DNA of 64,000 nucleotides from Oculina patagonica (Eukaryota): NCBI RefSeq assembly GCF_052425735.1, contig NC_135767.1, positions 10,292,001 to 10,356,000 of the forward strand, read 5' to 3'. Shown piece by piece: positions 48,404 to 60,039 of this stretch (position 1 is its first letter; each line of letters starts with the position of its first letter). The notes under the pieces were generated by a model. It saw only the letters and a program-made list of their open reading frames with translations, ran no database searches and was not told where the DNA came from. The position numbers and the translations under genes were made by a program.

Positions 48404-51400
48404 ATGACGATTTCAAGAACATTCTGGATGAAACTCCTTAGTGTGATTTTGATAGTTCTCCTTCTACTTGAAGCTATCGATGCCAGGGTAAGTAAACGGA
48501 AACATTGTTCATTTTTCACAGCTCTGTATCATGTCACTGCCTGTGGTCCTCTTTAACGTATTAGAGGCAAATTCATCTCCTTCTTAGACAGAAACGCAAT
48601 ATCGTTAAGGCGTTTTATCGGGCAGTTAATTAACTGAATGTGAAAATCTCTTATACGACTTTAATTTCCTTTTATGAGGCCAGGCGGAAGAAATGTCATT
48701 AGTATTGCTAATTCAAGTAATGCAAGCTTGTAGCAGGATTAACGTCTTCTTTGTACTACGAAAATTTTAAATTTTTTTATGGAATCGTGTTCGAGAAATT
48801 CAATTTTCTTAGCCTTTACTCGAATGGATTGCAAAACAGCAATAAGTCCGAGAATAAGGCGAGGGAAGTGTGTGCTTGTACAAACCAAGTTTTAAAAGGT
48901 AAACTGTCATTTATTGCGTTTGCCGGCCGGCAAAAATTTTTTTCTTGGCTCGATATGTCGGGCTTGTAGCCAAAAATAGAAATTTCATTACTGTCTTTCA
49001 GCAGTAACTTTCATCAATCCGGCAGTTATTAAATGGAAATATACATTGTCCGGGTGATAACTAATGATATGCCCTGATAAGTCACGTTCGTCTAAGTTGT
49101 GGTCACCAATAATGAATATGGATGACCAGGAATTCACAAGTAGAACAAGAGAAGTTAATGATAGCCCTAGTGTTTCTGTCATCAATTTGAAATAGAAAAT
49201 ATTTCATGCCATTCCTATCATTTTGGTCCATTTTAACAGAAACAGTTTAAGAGAATTCCATGCATACGTACCCTCCATCAGTCTGGTTCAGCACACGTTT
49301 AGAAAGGAGACTTGTCTGCTCTGTGACATCCATCTTTTCTCATTTTATTTTATTTCAAATGTTTTGTTTTCGGTTTTCTTAATTTTTAATGTGTCACCAT
49401 TTTTAAAGGACAAATCTATTTTTTTTCGAAGTGTGTTTCAAGTGCATGTGACTGTGATGATCTTAGGAAATGACGTCATGTTAAAGAGTTGTGCTGGCTA
49501 TATGCTGGCTAGCCGGTCAATGTCCGATACCCTTGGCTACTTAATCCTAAGATTTCCGACCAGCAGACCTTAAACAAAACGGATATGAAGAAATTGCCAC
49601 GAAACAGCAGTCCCCATGTTCGGAAATAAAAAAAAAAAACCAGAAATAGCTAAGTTTAATTAAATGAGTTCTTAAAGAGCTTAATTTAGAGCTTAGCTAA
49701 GATCTTGCCTATTCGGTAATCTACATACATCAGTCAAGATTTCTTTTTCTTTATCTACCCATGGACTACTAGCACGGAAGGAAAAAACCACTAGCCCCAG
49801 ACTACTGGATACGACTCGGCTTCAGTTTTTCTTTCCTTTCGGAAGAGCAATTTTTGAGATTGTTGGAAGTTGTACCTTAGCAGAAACCAAAATGATCCCA
49901 GAAGAAAAAAGGGGATGCCCGGGAGCAGATATTATCCAAGAACGTGTTTTACACTTGGCAGCATTCTTCACATTGTCGTATAGTTTGCCAAAAAATTAGT
50001 ATATATGATTTGAGGATTTCACTAATAATACCATATCTGTGAGCTATTATAATGTTTGGTTATAGGTTTGGATGAAGCATAACAAGATGTGGTCAACTAT
50101 TTTAAAACAAAGTTTTTGCTATCGAATATAAGAAGGAAATCCCTATTGGAAATTCATTACCTTTGTCAGCAGGCTTACAAAAGAAACGGACTAACTTAAC
50201 GTGAGGTCTGTTTGACGTATTAGACATTCATCATGTCGAACTCAATGCAGCGCACAGAATAAATCGATCTTATCAAGTAAGGAAGGAAGGGGAGGCGCCT
50301 GAGTACTAAAAGAATAAATATATATTTTTTTCCTCCCCTAGGTGACACCAGACCAGTAGTTTTTTTGGATTTAAGATGAAGTCATGAAAGGGAACATACT
50401 TTTATTAACTTGTGCAAGGCACTGACAGCTCTTCCGATGATTATAATGATTTGAACATTTCGATGGGCTGGATTCAATCAAACTACATCCCAGAGCTCGC
50501 ATGTCATTACTACTTCAGGGATTACCCGACGTTTAATCTCATACAGTCGTTGAGGATTGTACAACGTGCCTGGGGGAATCACTTTCGACGATAGCTTTAT
50601 TAATATGTTTGCAATTATAAGCTGTCATGCGTCCCTTCACACAGGAAGATATTATAACCCTTCTGAGTGATTGAGACAAAACTACTTCTCTCCCTTAACC
50701 CAGCGTCTAGAAAGAAAGACATTTATTTCGCCTGACATTTGCGAACGACATTTGCCCATTTTCTTTTGGGAGTTTGCAGCCCGGCAATTACAGACCGGCA
50801 GACTGTATCAGTTCATTGGCTTCTAAAGAAAAGTATACTAGGCATGGCTCGTCCCAATTGGGTAATAATCAATTTGACAACAATAGAGGACTAGGGTAGC
50901 CTAAGATAAGGCTATTTTTCTCTCGCTTTTCCTTTTGGAGGAGATGAGAATGAAATGAGACGAAGGGAAGGAGGGTTGGTCGCAGGTTAGACACTGGGAT
51001 GCACTTTGCGCATATTTTGAAGTTCATAAAATACGCTTAGACTAAAGCGTACTGGTATGAGCTACAAACTTCGAGGGGCAAAGGTTTGCTTCTGAGTATG
51101 AGCAGGAGAACTTTCAGTATTGGAGATCCGTTACGTTTGTCCTTTCGTTAGCGAAAGAGAAAGATTAGTCAAATATCGGGACGGCTTAACAATTCAATTC
51201 GTGATCAACGACCAAAAAGGGCGTTAGGGCTGTGGAAAATACAGTGAGCTATTTGTTTCTATGTTCGGTGGCATTAACGAGATTAAATATTCTCTGAAAA
51301 TTCGGCTCCTTTTTTTATTCAGGGTGGCCAGAGTCAAATCAGAACCTTGTGTCACGGCAGCAATCGCATGATTTGAAGAACAGATTTTCAGGTTATTTTC

Positions 51401-53400
51401 CCTCAATTGTCATCAAAGTCAAACATGTTTTTTTATATTCAAGACATTGCCAATGATGCACCATTATCATATAAGAATTTTGAATGATTTTGATGGAATA
51501 TTTCGACGGACTGGATTTGATGAACACTGCACCCCAGTGTTCGCATGTCATTACTACTTCAGGGATTACCGGAAGGGCAATATTCGTGCAGTCATTGAGG
51601 ATTATCGCCTTTAAGTACATACGTACCCACGGGGTTATTATTTCCGATTCAAGCCGACATAAATTATGTTTGAAATTATCATTTGGTATGCAGTCGAACT
51701 TCTTTAATACGGAAACCAAGGACAGGAAAGAGTGAAGGACGGGAAAGAGGGTCCGTATTATAGAGGTGTTAGTAAGGGGGGGCTGTGCTCACTTCACAGT
51801 TATTTAATTATATATGCTATTTTGGTAGAACATCTATTGACACTACTGTTAACATTTTTCCATAACATAAGCCAAATTTTATAATTTTAAAGAGCACCAA
51901 ATAAAAAAAAAAAAAATATAAAAAACCCCCCCCAAGAATAAACGCCTGCAGAAAAAGTAAATAAACAAAAAAGGAAAACGTATAACTTGCGACTTATATA
52001 TTCTCTCATCTGCAAGATTTAACTATTTGTTTCTAAAGAAGACTAGGCTCATGCTATGCAGTTTAAATAATATACACACAATATGCTGCTGTAAGGCTGC
52101 TTTCAGTTATGATAATCTGTCAACATGGATTGAAGTCTAATCCAGCACTGAGAGGTGTTGAGGAAGTATCTATATTTGTTTACAATTTGTACATAATTGC
52201 ATGAAATGATCCGGAGATGCCGTGTTTGCCGGCTCCATATTTTACACCGCGTTGACCTTTTTACAACGAGACGCAACTTTGCCGGAAAAAAGCGACATTG
52301 TTCACAACTTATAAGAAACCACTTTCCGTCCTTGATCACATGCCCCCCACACAATTACGATCGAATAACCTTTATAACAAAGTGGTAAAGTGTATGGTCA
52401 AAAAATATTATCACTGCACTGAAGTCAATGAATGCAACAAAAATTTTATGCAATATTATTGAAAAAATTAGATGCATCGTCTTTAGTTAGGGTCAATATA
52501 AATTTATCACTAAGGGAGACAAAATTTGAGCTCTAACATGCAAACATCATGCAAAGCGCAGTTTCTACCAAAACCACGCGCCCGTCTTATTCTAGTTCAG
52601 ACGACGGAGTTCAAGAGAAATTCTTCTTTCACTCCTGCCCCACTTCTTTCTCCCAGTAAAGCATCCATGATTTCTTTTGAAGCTTGCCTGAAATTGACTT
52701 TTGACTGATTTGTCTTTATTAGCCACACAAGAAAGCAAAAAGAAAGCATCGTGCAAAGCAGTGTGGAAGGACAGGCCACATTTGCCAACCTGGATCGAGA
52801 AAGGTACCGTTTATCGTTTATTAATTTATCAGTTAGTATCTTAGCGAGCAAACATGCAGTCCAGCGTAGAAACATTCTTTTTAAGAGCTTCAATAATACA
52901 TCCTTATTATGTGCATACCTTCAGAGTGCGCCATACAACACTTCCTGCCAAGAGTTGTTTTAAAGACCTTAAATATCTTCTAAATTTATTTTCACGGTGA
53001 GAGCTGATTTATGATTTGAATCGAAATCTTTGAATATAAGCCCACCTCCCCACTCTATCTCCAACAAAAAGCCTTGAAAATAAATAAGCCCCAGGGTTTT
53101 AATAGAACATAACTTCAGCTTTTCTTTTGCAAAAGAAGCTTGTGCTTTATGAAATTTTTTCCTGCTTTAAACTAGAGCTAACAGAAGCAATAAAGTCGTA
53201 TTAATCCTGTTATTCCTCATTTCATTTCTCCATAGCTATGCTGCACTGTAGGCTACACGTGTCGAGTACCTGATGTCTCCTCCAATCGGACAAAGCAAAA
53301 GAAAAAAAGAAAGTTGGGAACTTGCCAACCACTTGAACTGCTGAGAGTCAATGAGAGAGAAATTGAAGATGCCCAGCCTAATCCATCATTCTGGCTTTAA
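48404..53400 (+). CDS. Secreted inhibitor-cystine-knot (knottin)-like peptide precursor, coding exons 48404-48487, 52723-52803, 53236-53400, 109 aa
   Basis: MTISRTFWMKLLSVILIVLLLLEAIDAR | PHKKAKRKHRAKQCGRTGHICQPGSRK | LCCTVGYTCRVPDVSSNRTKQKKKRKLGTCQPLELLRVNEREIEDAQPNPSFWL*. Phase-0 GT-AG introns. Framework C-x6-C-x7-CC-x5-C-x20-C. Likely 5'-UTR exon ending at 47959 (GAG|GTAACC) with acceptor at 48397. The link between exon 1 and exon 2 is inferred. Confidence 0.75.
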
Positions 53401-53829
53401 GAGCAGTTGAGTTTTGCTAATGGTGATCGTTTTTCATGGGAAATCTGAAGAGAACTCTGAGACCGCCTTGTTGACTTCAGACCGAATACCCGTTGTGAAC
53501 ACAAGATTGCTACTGACAAACTTTGCAACGTTTGTGTAAGCTTATACTTGTGTCACTGGACAGTCAATAGTAACAGAACAATAGTGGCAAAAAATAGTGC
53601 CTAAATTATTGTAAAGGCGTTGTCCACCTTTTGACTGCATTATTTATGTTTAGATAGTTTATTTATATACCTCAGTAATTGTTTAAGGCTCAGTCCAAAA
53701 AGCGTATAGCGAGATATTTCGTAACACTGAGGATCACATATTTAACTGACTGACTATGAACAAACGAATCGCAGGAAAGGGAGGGGAAATAAAAAAGGAC
53801 TACTAGAATCATAGAATAAAGGGAGGGTA

Positions 53830-54120
53830 AAAGACTGGCAGACAGAAAGATTGTTCCTTGTCCTGGGAAAAGACTGGCTAATAGGAAGATTGTTCCTGTC
53901 GGGAAAAGATGCAACTAGGAAGCATTGTTCCTGTCGGAGACGGCAACTAGGAGCATTGTTCCTGTCCTGGGTAGACTGGCACTAGGAAGATTGTTCCTTG
54001 TCGGGAAAGAGGCACTAGGAAGATTGTCCGTCCGGAAAAAGACTGGCAAACTAGGAAGCATTGTTCCTTGTCCTGGGTAAAAGACTGGCTAAACTAGGAA
54101 GCATTGTTCCTTGTCCTGGG
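53830..54120 (+). repeat. About 40-bp minisatellite (AAAGACTGGCAAACTAGGAAGCATTGTTCCTTGTCCTGGG), about 7 degenerate copies
   Basis: Directly visible tandem units with many small deletions. Confidence 0.85.
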
Positions 54121-56556
54121 TTTTGCTGCCCAGGTGGCAGCACCCGGGAACTAAGTGTCACACATACGCATAAACTAGTATCATTGCTTTCATGGTGGCT
54201 AATCTGGCAACATATGTTTCGGAAGCACAATTTGTGGCCGGGAAGCACAAAATGTGGTTTGACCTGAGGCGAAAACAGTTTCTTGTTTCCAAGATGCAAA
54301 TGTTTTCCGCGTGGCTCATCGGGGAACATTTGCCACCGCAACAGTGTTTCCTATTTAGTGCAAAATGTGGAAACGAAGGAAAAACGAATGTTATTGACAT
54401 AACAGATATTTGTAGGGTAAAGTAAAGCAATTTAGGGCAAGACGTATAGCTTGGGTATTAAATTTTATAGTCCTTAAATAACTTGCATCGGCTAAACTTT
54501 GTTTTGGCACTGTTTACGCAAACATTTCCTTTTAAAGTTAAGCTTCGTTCAGTTCTGATTCTAGAATTCCTCGGGATGCGAAGACGAAGTTCGTTATTTA
54601 TCTTTTCCCCATTAAAATATAACTTTCTGGCTGTTTGGAAGTCTGACATTATATGTTTCAAAAAGGTTTCTGGATGGACATGGCATTTTTTCGATTAAAG
54701 GCGTTTATTTAAAACATTAAACCCGACTTTACAACGATGTTCTTTTATCATTCAACAGCTTTTTTATTATTTGGTTTTGAAAACACTTAATTAAAAATTA
54801 TTGCCTAATTTAACTTAAGAAAAACCAAGGTAGAATTTGGTGGTCAGTAAGTGTGGTCTGATACAAGAGTACAGCAGGCGACTGAGCTACAAAGCCACTG
54901 GCTAGCATAGAACGGAAGGTGACTGAATTACATTTATCATTCTTAAAAAGGCTGCGCTAGTGTAAAGCTATGTTTAAACACAAAATAGTTCGGGTGATTC
55001 TTTCTGGTCACTTAATACAAATCGCGTTTTAATTTTTATTACAAATATAAAAACATGACTGCCCGACTACCCAAACAAAAGTCAAATTGAGCCCAATGAA
55101 ATACTCTTTCGATCCTTGCTTCATTCCAGTAAAGCTTCCCAGTATTTGATAGTTAAACTAGCGGTTTTGTTCTATTTTATTGAAGTTAAAAGCGCACCTG
55201 ATTTATTTGTATGAAGTTAAAGTGTTTTTCGTATTTTAAGTTATAGCAAACCATTTTTAGTCGACTAGTTGTATGTTTCTGTTTAAAGGAACAAAGTTAG
55301 CCATATTTATAAAGAGCTATTCCCACATTGGGCACAGTGTGTATTTTTATTAGTGTGAGCGTGATTCTTGTAATTCATATAATTTTTTTTTCATCTGTCA
55401 CAAATGAGTGTTTAAATAAATTTCTTCTTTGGTCCATTTTGTTAGTTAGGTTTAGCATTTACTGTAAGGCTGCAACCTCTCATGAATTCTGTCTCCAAAG
55501 GACTAAAACAACCCCAAAAGCCAAACGACAAAAAGAATCAACAAACATTTTGCTCTACCATAAAGGTACAAGTAACCACTATCTGTTCAAGCGCAGAAAT
55601 GGTATTTTCTTCGCCAATTACTAATTTGAATATATAAATTTGACATTTTTTCCTCCTGGCCATTTTTCTCAAACGTGTCTTATTCAGTAGACATTTTAGC
55701 GAATGAAATCGCTGTACGTTTGCTGTATTTAAGTAAAACGATGCTAAAACGATGTAAAACGATGCTACGGACTACACTTTTCCCGCAAACCAGACTTGGC
55801 CGAACTGTGTTTTGTATTACGAATGGTCAGGAGAGGTTAGATAATTACAATTCAATTACCTATTATGAAATGAAATTTCGAGGAAATTTGTTTTCAGTTT
55901 TCCCTGCGTTTTGTGCTACACTCAACATGATTCAATGGAGTTCGATACCGAGCTATCCACCTTCATCTTCCACTTACCACCCCCACCCCCCCCCCCCCAG
56001 CTCCTCCTCTTACTCCTTCTCCTCATCCACATCCTCCGCCTTCTACTAGAAACGATGTCTTTTGATAACCATATTTGACTAGTTTTTCCCTTTCAAAAGT
56101 TACAATTGCACGCATTGCTCGGAAGTGAATAGCAAAGGAGAGTTCCGAGTTTGAGTAGCCATTCAGCGCGCGCCAAAAGCGCTATCCACTGTTTTAGTAT
56201 ATACTTATAAATTATATTCTATTTTATAATCCACCAAATATTTTTCGCCCGCGCGATTGGTCTCAACACTTGATGCTGCCAAAACTGGAAATTATCAGAT
56301 ATTATTAAAAACTAACTGTGGTATAGGGCAGCTATTGTGATAAGTGCAAAGTTAGTACTGGTATATTTGTGTTCATTAATCGATTTTCTTTTTATATTTG
56401 CCATCACATGCAGTACGTGTTACATTTAATTGATCTAAAAGATTATAAATATTTATTAGCAAAGTGTATAGCATTCCAAAGCTTTCGTTCAGAAATAATC
56501 CTTTAGTCCTGGCAAAGCAAATAAAAACCATTTTCCCTTGAGTGAAGTGATTCACT

Positions 56557-57783
56557 TAGGGCTTTCCCGACAAGTTGCTCGACAATTTTGAACTTCATAT
56601 TTCGAGCAACTTTTTCCCCTTCGAGCAACTTTTTTCTCTCGAGCAACTTGTTGCATTTTGAGCAATTTCCAGACCGAAGATGTCCGAAGATTATCCGAGT
56701 GTTGTTAAAAGGCCATACGAACGTTTCCGAAGATTTCGAAGTTTGCCGAAGATTTTCGAGGAACACTGCCTAGACGTTTCAACTTTCGGCCACTAAAAAC
56801 ATACCGTCAGCACATGACGTATCGATTCTCCGACTTTTCTCAGTTAAAAAAAATCGTTGTTTATATTTATAAATTTTCTCCTATGTGTATTTAGATACTC
56901 AATGCCAAATTGCATAAAATCTTACCCTCAAAGAGAAATTAGATATATTTATTGCGGGCCCAAGAGAGGCCCGCAACCCTAATCTTGACAGTGACCAGCG
57001 GATTGCGTATTCGCGTGCGCGCCACGTTATAACGCTACTGCAAACCGGAAGTAATTTTTCCCACTAAGAACGACGGAAGTATACGAAGTCGAAAAAAAGT
57101 CTCAAAATAGCGATCAAATTTCTCAATAGATCGAGCGGAATTAATTTGTTTTATGTGTGTTTGGAAGATTGTTGAGTATCACAGATACGAAAGCGAGATT
57201 CCAACACGGTATCTCGAGAATAAAAGGTAGAATGGTCCTTCAAATTCGCAGTGCTCGCAAAATTAAGCTTCTGCTCGGAATGCTCGAAAATTTTATGTGC
57301 GTTTGCCGTGCCGATTTTTCAAGTGCTCGATGCTCGGTTTTAAGTGGTGTTATTTTGAAAAGTGCTCGTTGCTCGCAAGGTATTTTTTGTTATGCTCGTT
57401 CTCGAAGAAGGCCGATGCTCGCAAATGCTCGCACATTATCCCCTAAAGGAGTTTGCCGACGGAGGAATCACATCTCTTCACACCGCGTGCTCGACTACAC
57501 CGTCCAATAGGGATATTCGAGATTGTGACGCGCCGACCCCGATTTTTTTTTCAGTGATTTAAAAACACTTCCCTCCCAGTACCTTCTCTTACTTCATCGA
57601 GGTCCGCACATTTATTGTGTTACCATAGTAGAAATTTTTTGATAGAAGCAGCGTTTTGGATTTTGGAGCAACGAGCAATTTAGGGCAGAAGAACTTTTGG
57701 ATTTTTGGAGCAACTTTGAGCAACTTTTTGAGAAATTACGGGCAACTTTTTGGGAAATCTCGAGCAACTTGTGGAAAGCCCTA
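56557..57783. mobile_element. Non-autonomous hAT-type DNA transposon
   Basis: TIRs TAGGGCTTTCC..ACAAGTTGCTCGA / TCGAGCAACTTGTGGAAAGCCCTA. Perfect 8-bp TSD GATTCACT (56549-56556, 57784-57791). Subterminal GAGCAACTT repeats; a related right-end fragment lies at about 31100-31172. Confidence 0.9.
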
Positions 57784-57959
57784 GATTCACTTATGAGAAA
57801 CTGAAAAAAGGAGACTCTATTTCTTTAGTCATCCATGCTTCTTCGTGTTGCACCGGGACGTACTCTCCCCAGACCTCTTCACTTACGGAAGTTGTAGTAC
57901 CGTCAGTTCGTAGACTTTTTAAAAAGTCGTTCGCTTCTCGTTTCCGGTTTGGTGGTAGT

Positions 57960-58086
57960 AGCTCTCGCGCTTCGCGCTCGCTTTTGCGCTTCGCGCTCTG
58001 TGTGATCTCTTCGCGCTCTGTGAGCTCTCTTCGCGCTCTGTGTGCTCTCTTCGCGCTCTGTGTGCTCTCTTCGCGCTCTGTGAGCT
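57960..58086 (+). repeat. About 20-bp minisatellite (CTCTCTTCGCGCTCTGTGTG)
   Basis: About 5-6 tandem copies. Confidence 0.85.
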
Positions 58087-58139
58087 CGAAAAGCAAGTCT
58101 ACGTCAGCTCGGTACGGTGACTCGATTGATTAATCTTAA

Positions 58140-58579
58140 GCCCTGACCAAACGGCAACGCAAGTTGAAAACTTGCGTCTACTTGCGTAGCCGTTTGCCCA
58201 GGACTTGCGTGCACTTGCGTTGACTTGCGTGCACCTGCGTTGACTTGCGTGCACCTGCGTTGACTTGCGTGCACTTGCGTTGACTTGCGTGCACCTGCGT
58301 TGACTTGCGTGCACCTGCGTTGACTTGCGTGCACTTGCGTTGACTTGGGTACACTTCGGTCGAGATCAAGTACGTTTGGTCACCCAACGCAAGTCAACCC
58401 ATTTTTGCAGTTTACTTTAAATACTGTATTACATCACGTAGCATTTTAAATAGCGTTTTGGAAACTTGCATGCACTTGCGACTAAACTTGCGTGTCGGTT
58501 TGGCCACCAAAAAAAAGACAGTACGCAAATTGAACTTGCGACTACTTGCATCCACTTCCGTTAACGTTTTGGCCACAGC
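58140..58579. mobile_element. PIF/Harbinger-like MITE with internal 20-bp tandem repeat (GACTTGCGTGCACCTGCGTT)n
   Basis: Termini TAA|GCCCTGACCAAACG ... CGTTTTGGCCACAGC|TTTA. Repeat array at about 58202-58347. Confidence 0.65.
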
Positions 58580-58925
58580 TTTAGCGTGTAAACAAAGCCA
58601 TCGCATCTGATCACGCATTTAAAAAAAACGCGGGAAGATCAATCAGCGTAGTGAGTGAACAATACAGTTCAATGCAAACGTGCGCGCGCTGGCGTTCATA
58701 ATACGGTATTATTGTGAACCGGTTGGCTGGTAGACTTAATGCGGTGAACTCTTCCAGAAATGATTTCAACTTTTAAGTCACATTTGCATTACGTTTTTTC
58801 ACGATAACTCCCAAAATTAAAGTTATCTGTTTCCCTGAGCTGAACCAGAAATGCCACGCGCCCAACCTCGTCCCAGGCCACCTCTTTTGGAGTGAGCTAT
58901 TAATAGACACTTCTTAATCCTTAAT

Positions 58926-59240
58926 GGGAGGCGCGGTGGCCTAATGTTAGCGCGCCTGACTTTAGAGCGAACGTTCCGGGTTCGAGACCTGGCCGGGGTC
59001 AATGTGTTGTGCTCTTGGGCAAGACACTTTACTCTCATAGTGCTTCTCTCCACTCAGGTGTATAAATGGGTACCGGCGGGCGTACCGGCGAAATAATGCT
59101 TGGGGGGGGGTACCCTGCGATGGACTAGCATCCCATCCAGGGGGGAGGGGGGGTAGAAATACTCCTAGCTGCTTAATGCTAAGGAAACCGGGATAAGCTC
59201 CGGCAGTATGCGCCAGTTTGGCTCGAAGCTGCCCCCTTAC
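58926..59240 (+). mobile_element. tRNA-derived SINE with CORE-like domain
   Basis: A box TGGCCTAATG, B box GGTTCGAGACC, CORE-like segment CTTGGGCAAGACACTTTACTCTC...GTATAAATGGGTAC, then a 3' body. Confidence 0.8.
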
Positions 59241-59394
59241 AGATTTTACTGCCTCGAGCTCTGAACTGATCAGAAAGAGTTTTTTCGTGTTCTAACAAGC
59301 CAAATGTTTTTCCATTTCCTGTTCATTCCATTTTCAATTTCTTTCATTTTTTCGTGTTCTAACAAGCCAAATGTTTTTCCATTTCCTGTTCATT

Positions 59395-60039
59395 CACCCT
59401 GCGAGCAGAGCCCCTTCTTTTTCCACTGATATACTTGAGAAGAAAGGGGCTCTGCAAGAATCGTGTAAAATCTTTGTTGAGCATGCGCGAGGTTTACGCG
59501 ATGCTTGCGACGATGCTTGCGCGTTTAGCTTGCGCGAGGACCACTTAATCCTAGTATGCGCGCGCGGAATGGCGTGTCGGATCGTACACGACAGTGTGAA
59601 CAAAGTGTTTGTTTTACAAGTTCTTTTCTTCAAAAAGCGTCTGAGTTACCTCAGTAAAAACACGTCAAGCACCGCTTAAGGTTGTGTTAGTGTCTTTATG
59701 GTAGAGATGTGTGATTTAAACCGTGAAATTTCTTCTTGGTTTGCGAAAAACACGAGATCTTAAATGATCCATAAGTTGCACGCGCGCACAAACGGTAGCA
59801 GATGGCGAGAGCAATCGTCAGCTCTAGTGCTTTCGAGAGCGTACTGTGGGCTCCGTCTTGGCCATCAGTTTTTCCAAAAATTAATGCCCGCGCGGCAAAA
59901 ACCGGTTTAATCTGGACTGACCAGCCCAAACTTTGGGGCTGCGGCGACTTCAAAGAAATGACACGATTCACGCAGAGCCTCTTTCTACTTCCCAAATCTC
60001 AACCGTAGGGAAGTTAAAAGAGGCTCTGCTCGCAGGGTG
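59395..60039. mobile_element. Non-autonomous DNA transposon with 18-bp TIRs and 9-bp TSD
   Basis: CACCCTGCGAGCAGAGCC / GGCTCTGCTCGCAGGGTG. TSD CTGTTCATT at 59386-59394 and 60040-60048. An uninterrupted copy of the target site lies just upstream (about 59280-59346). Confidence 0.9.

Noticed and set aside
58926-59000. tRNA gene
   Set aside because: The A and B boxes belong to a SINE head followed by a CORE-like body. No proper cloverleaf or terminator. The same applies to 45142-45210.
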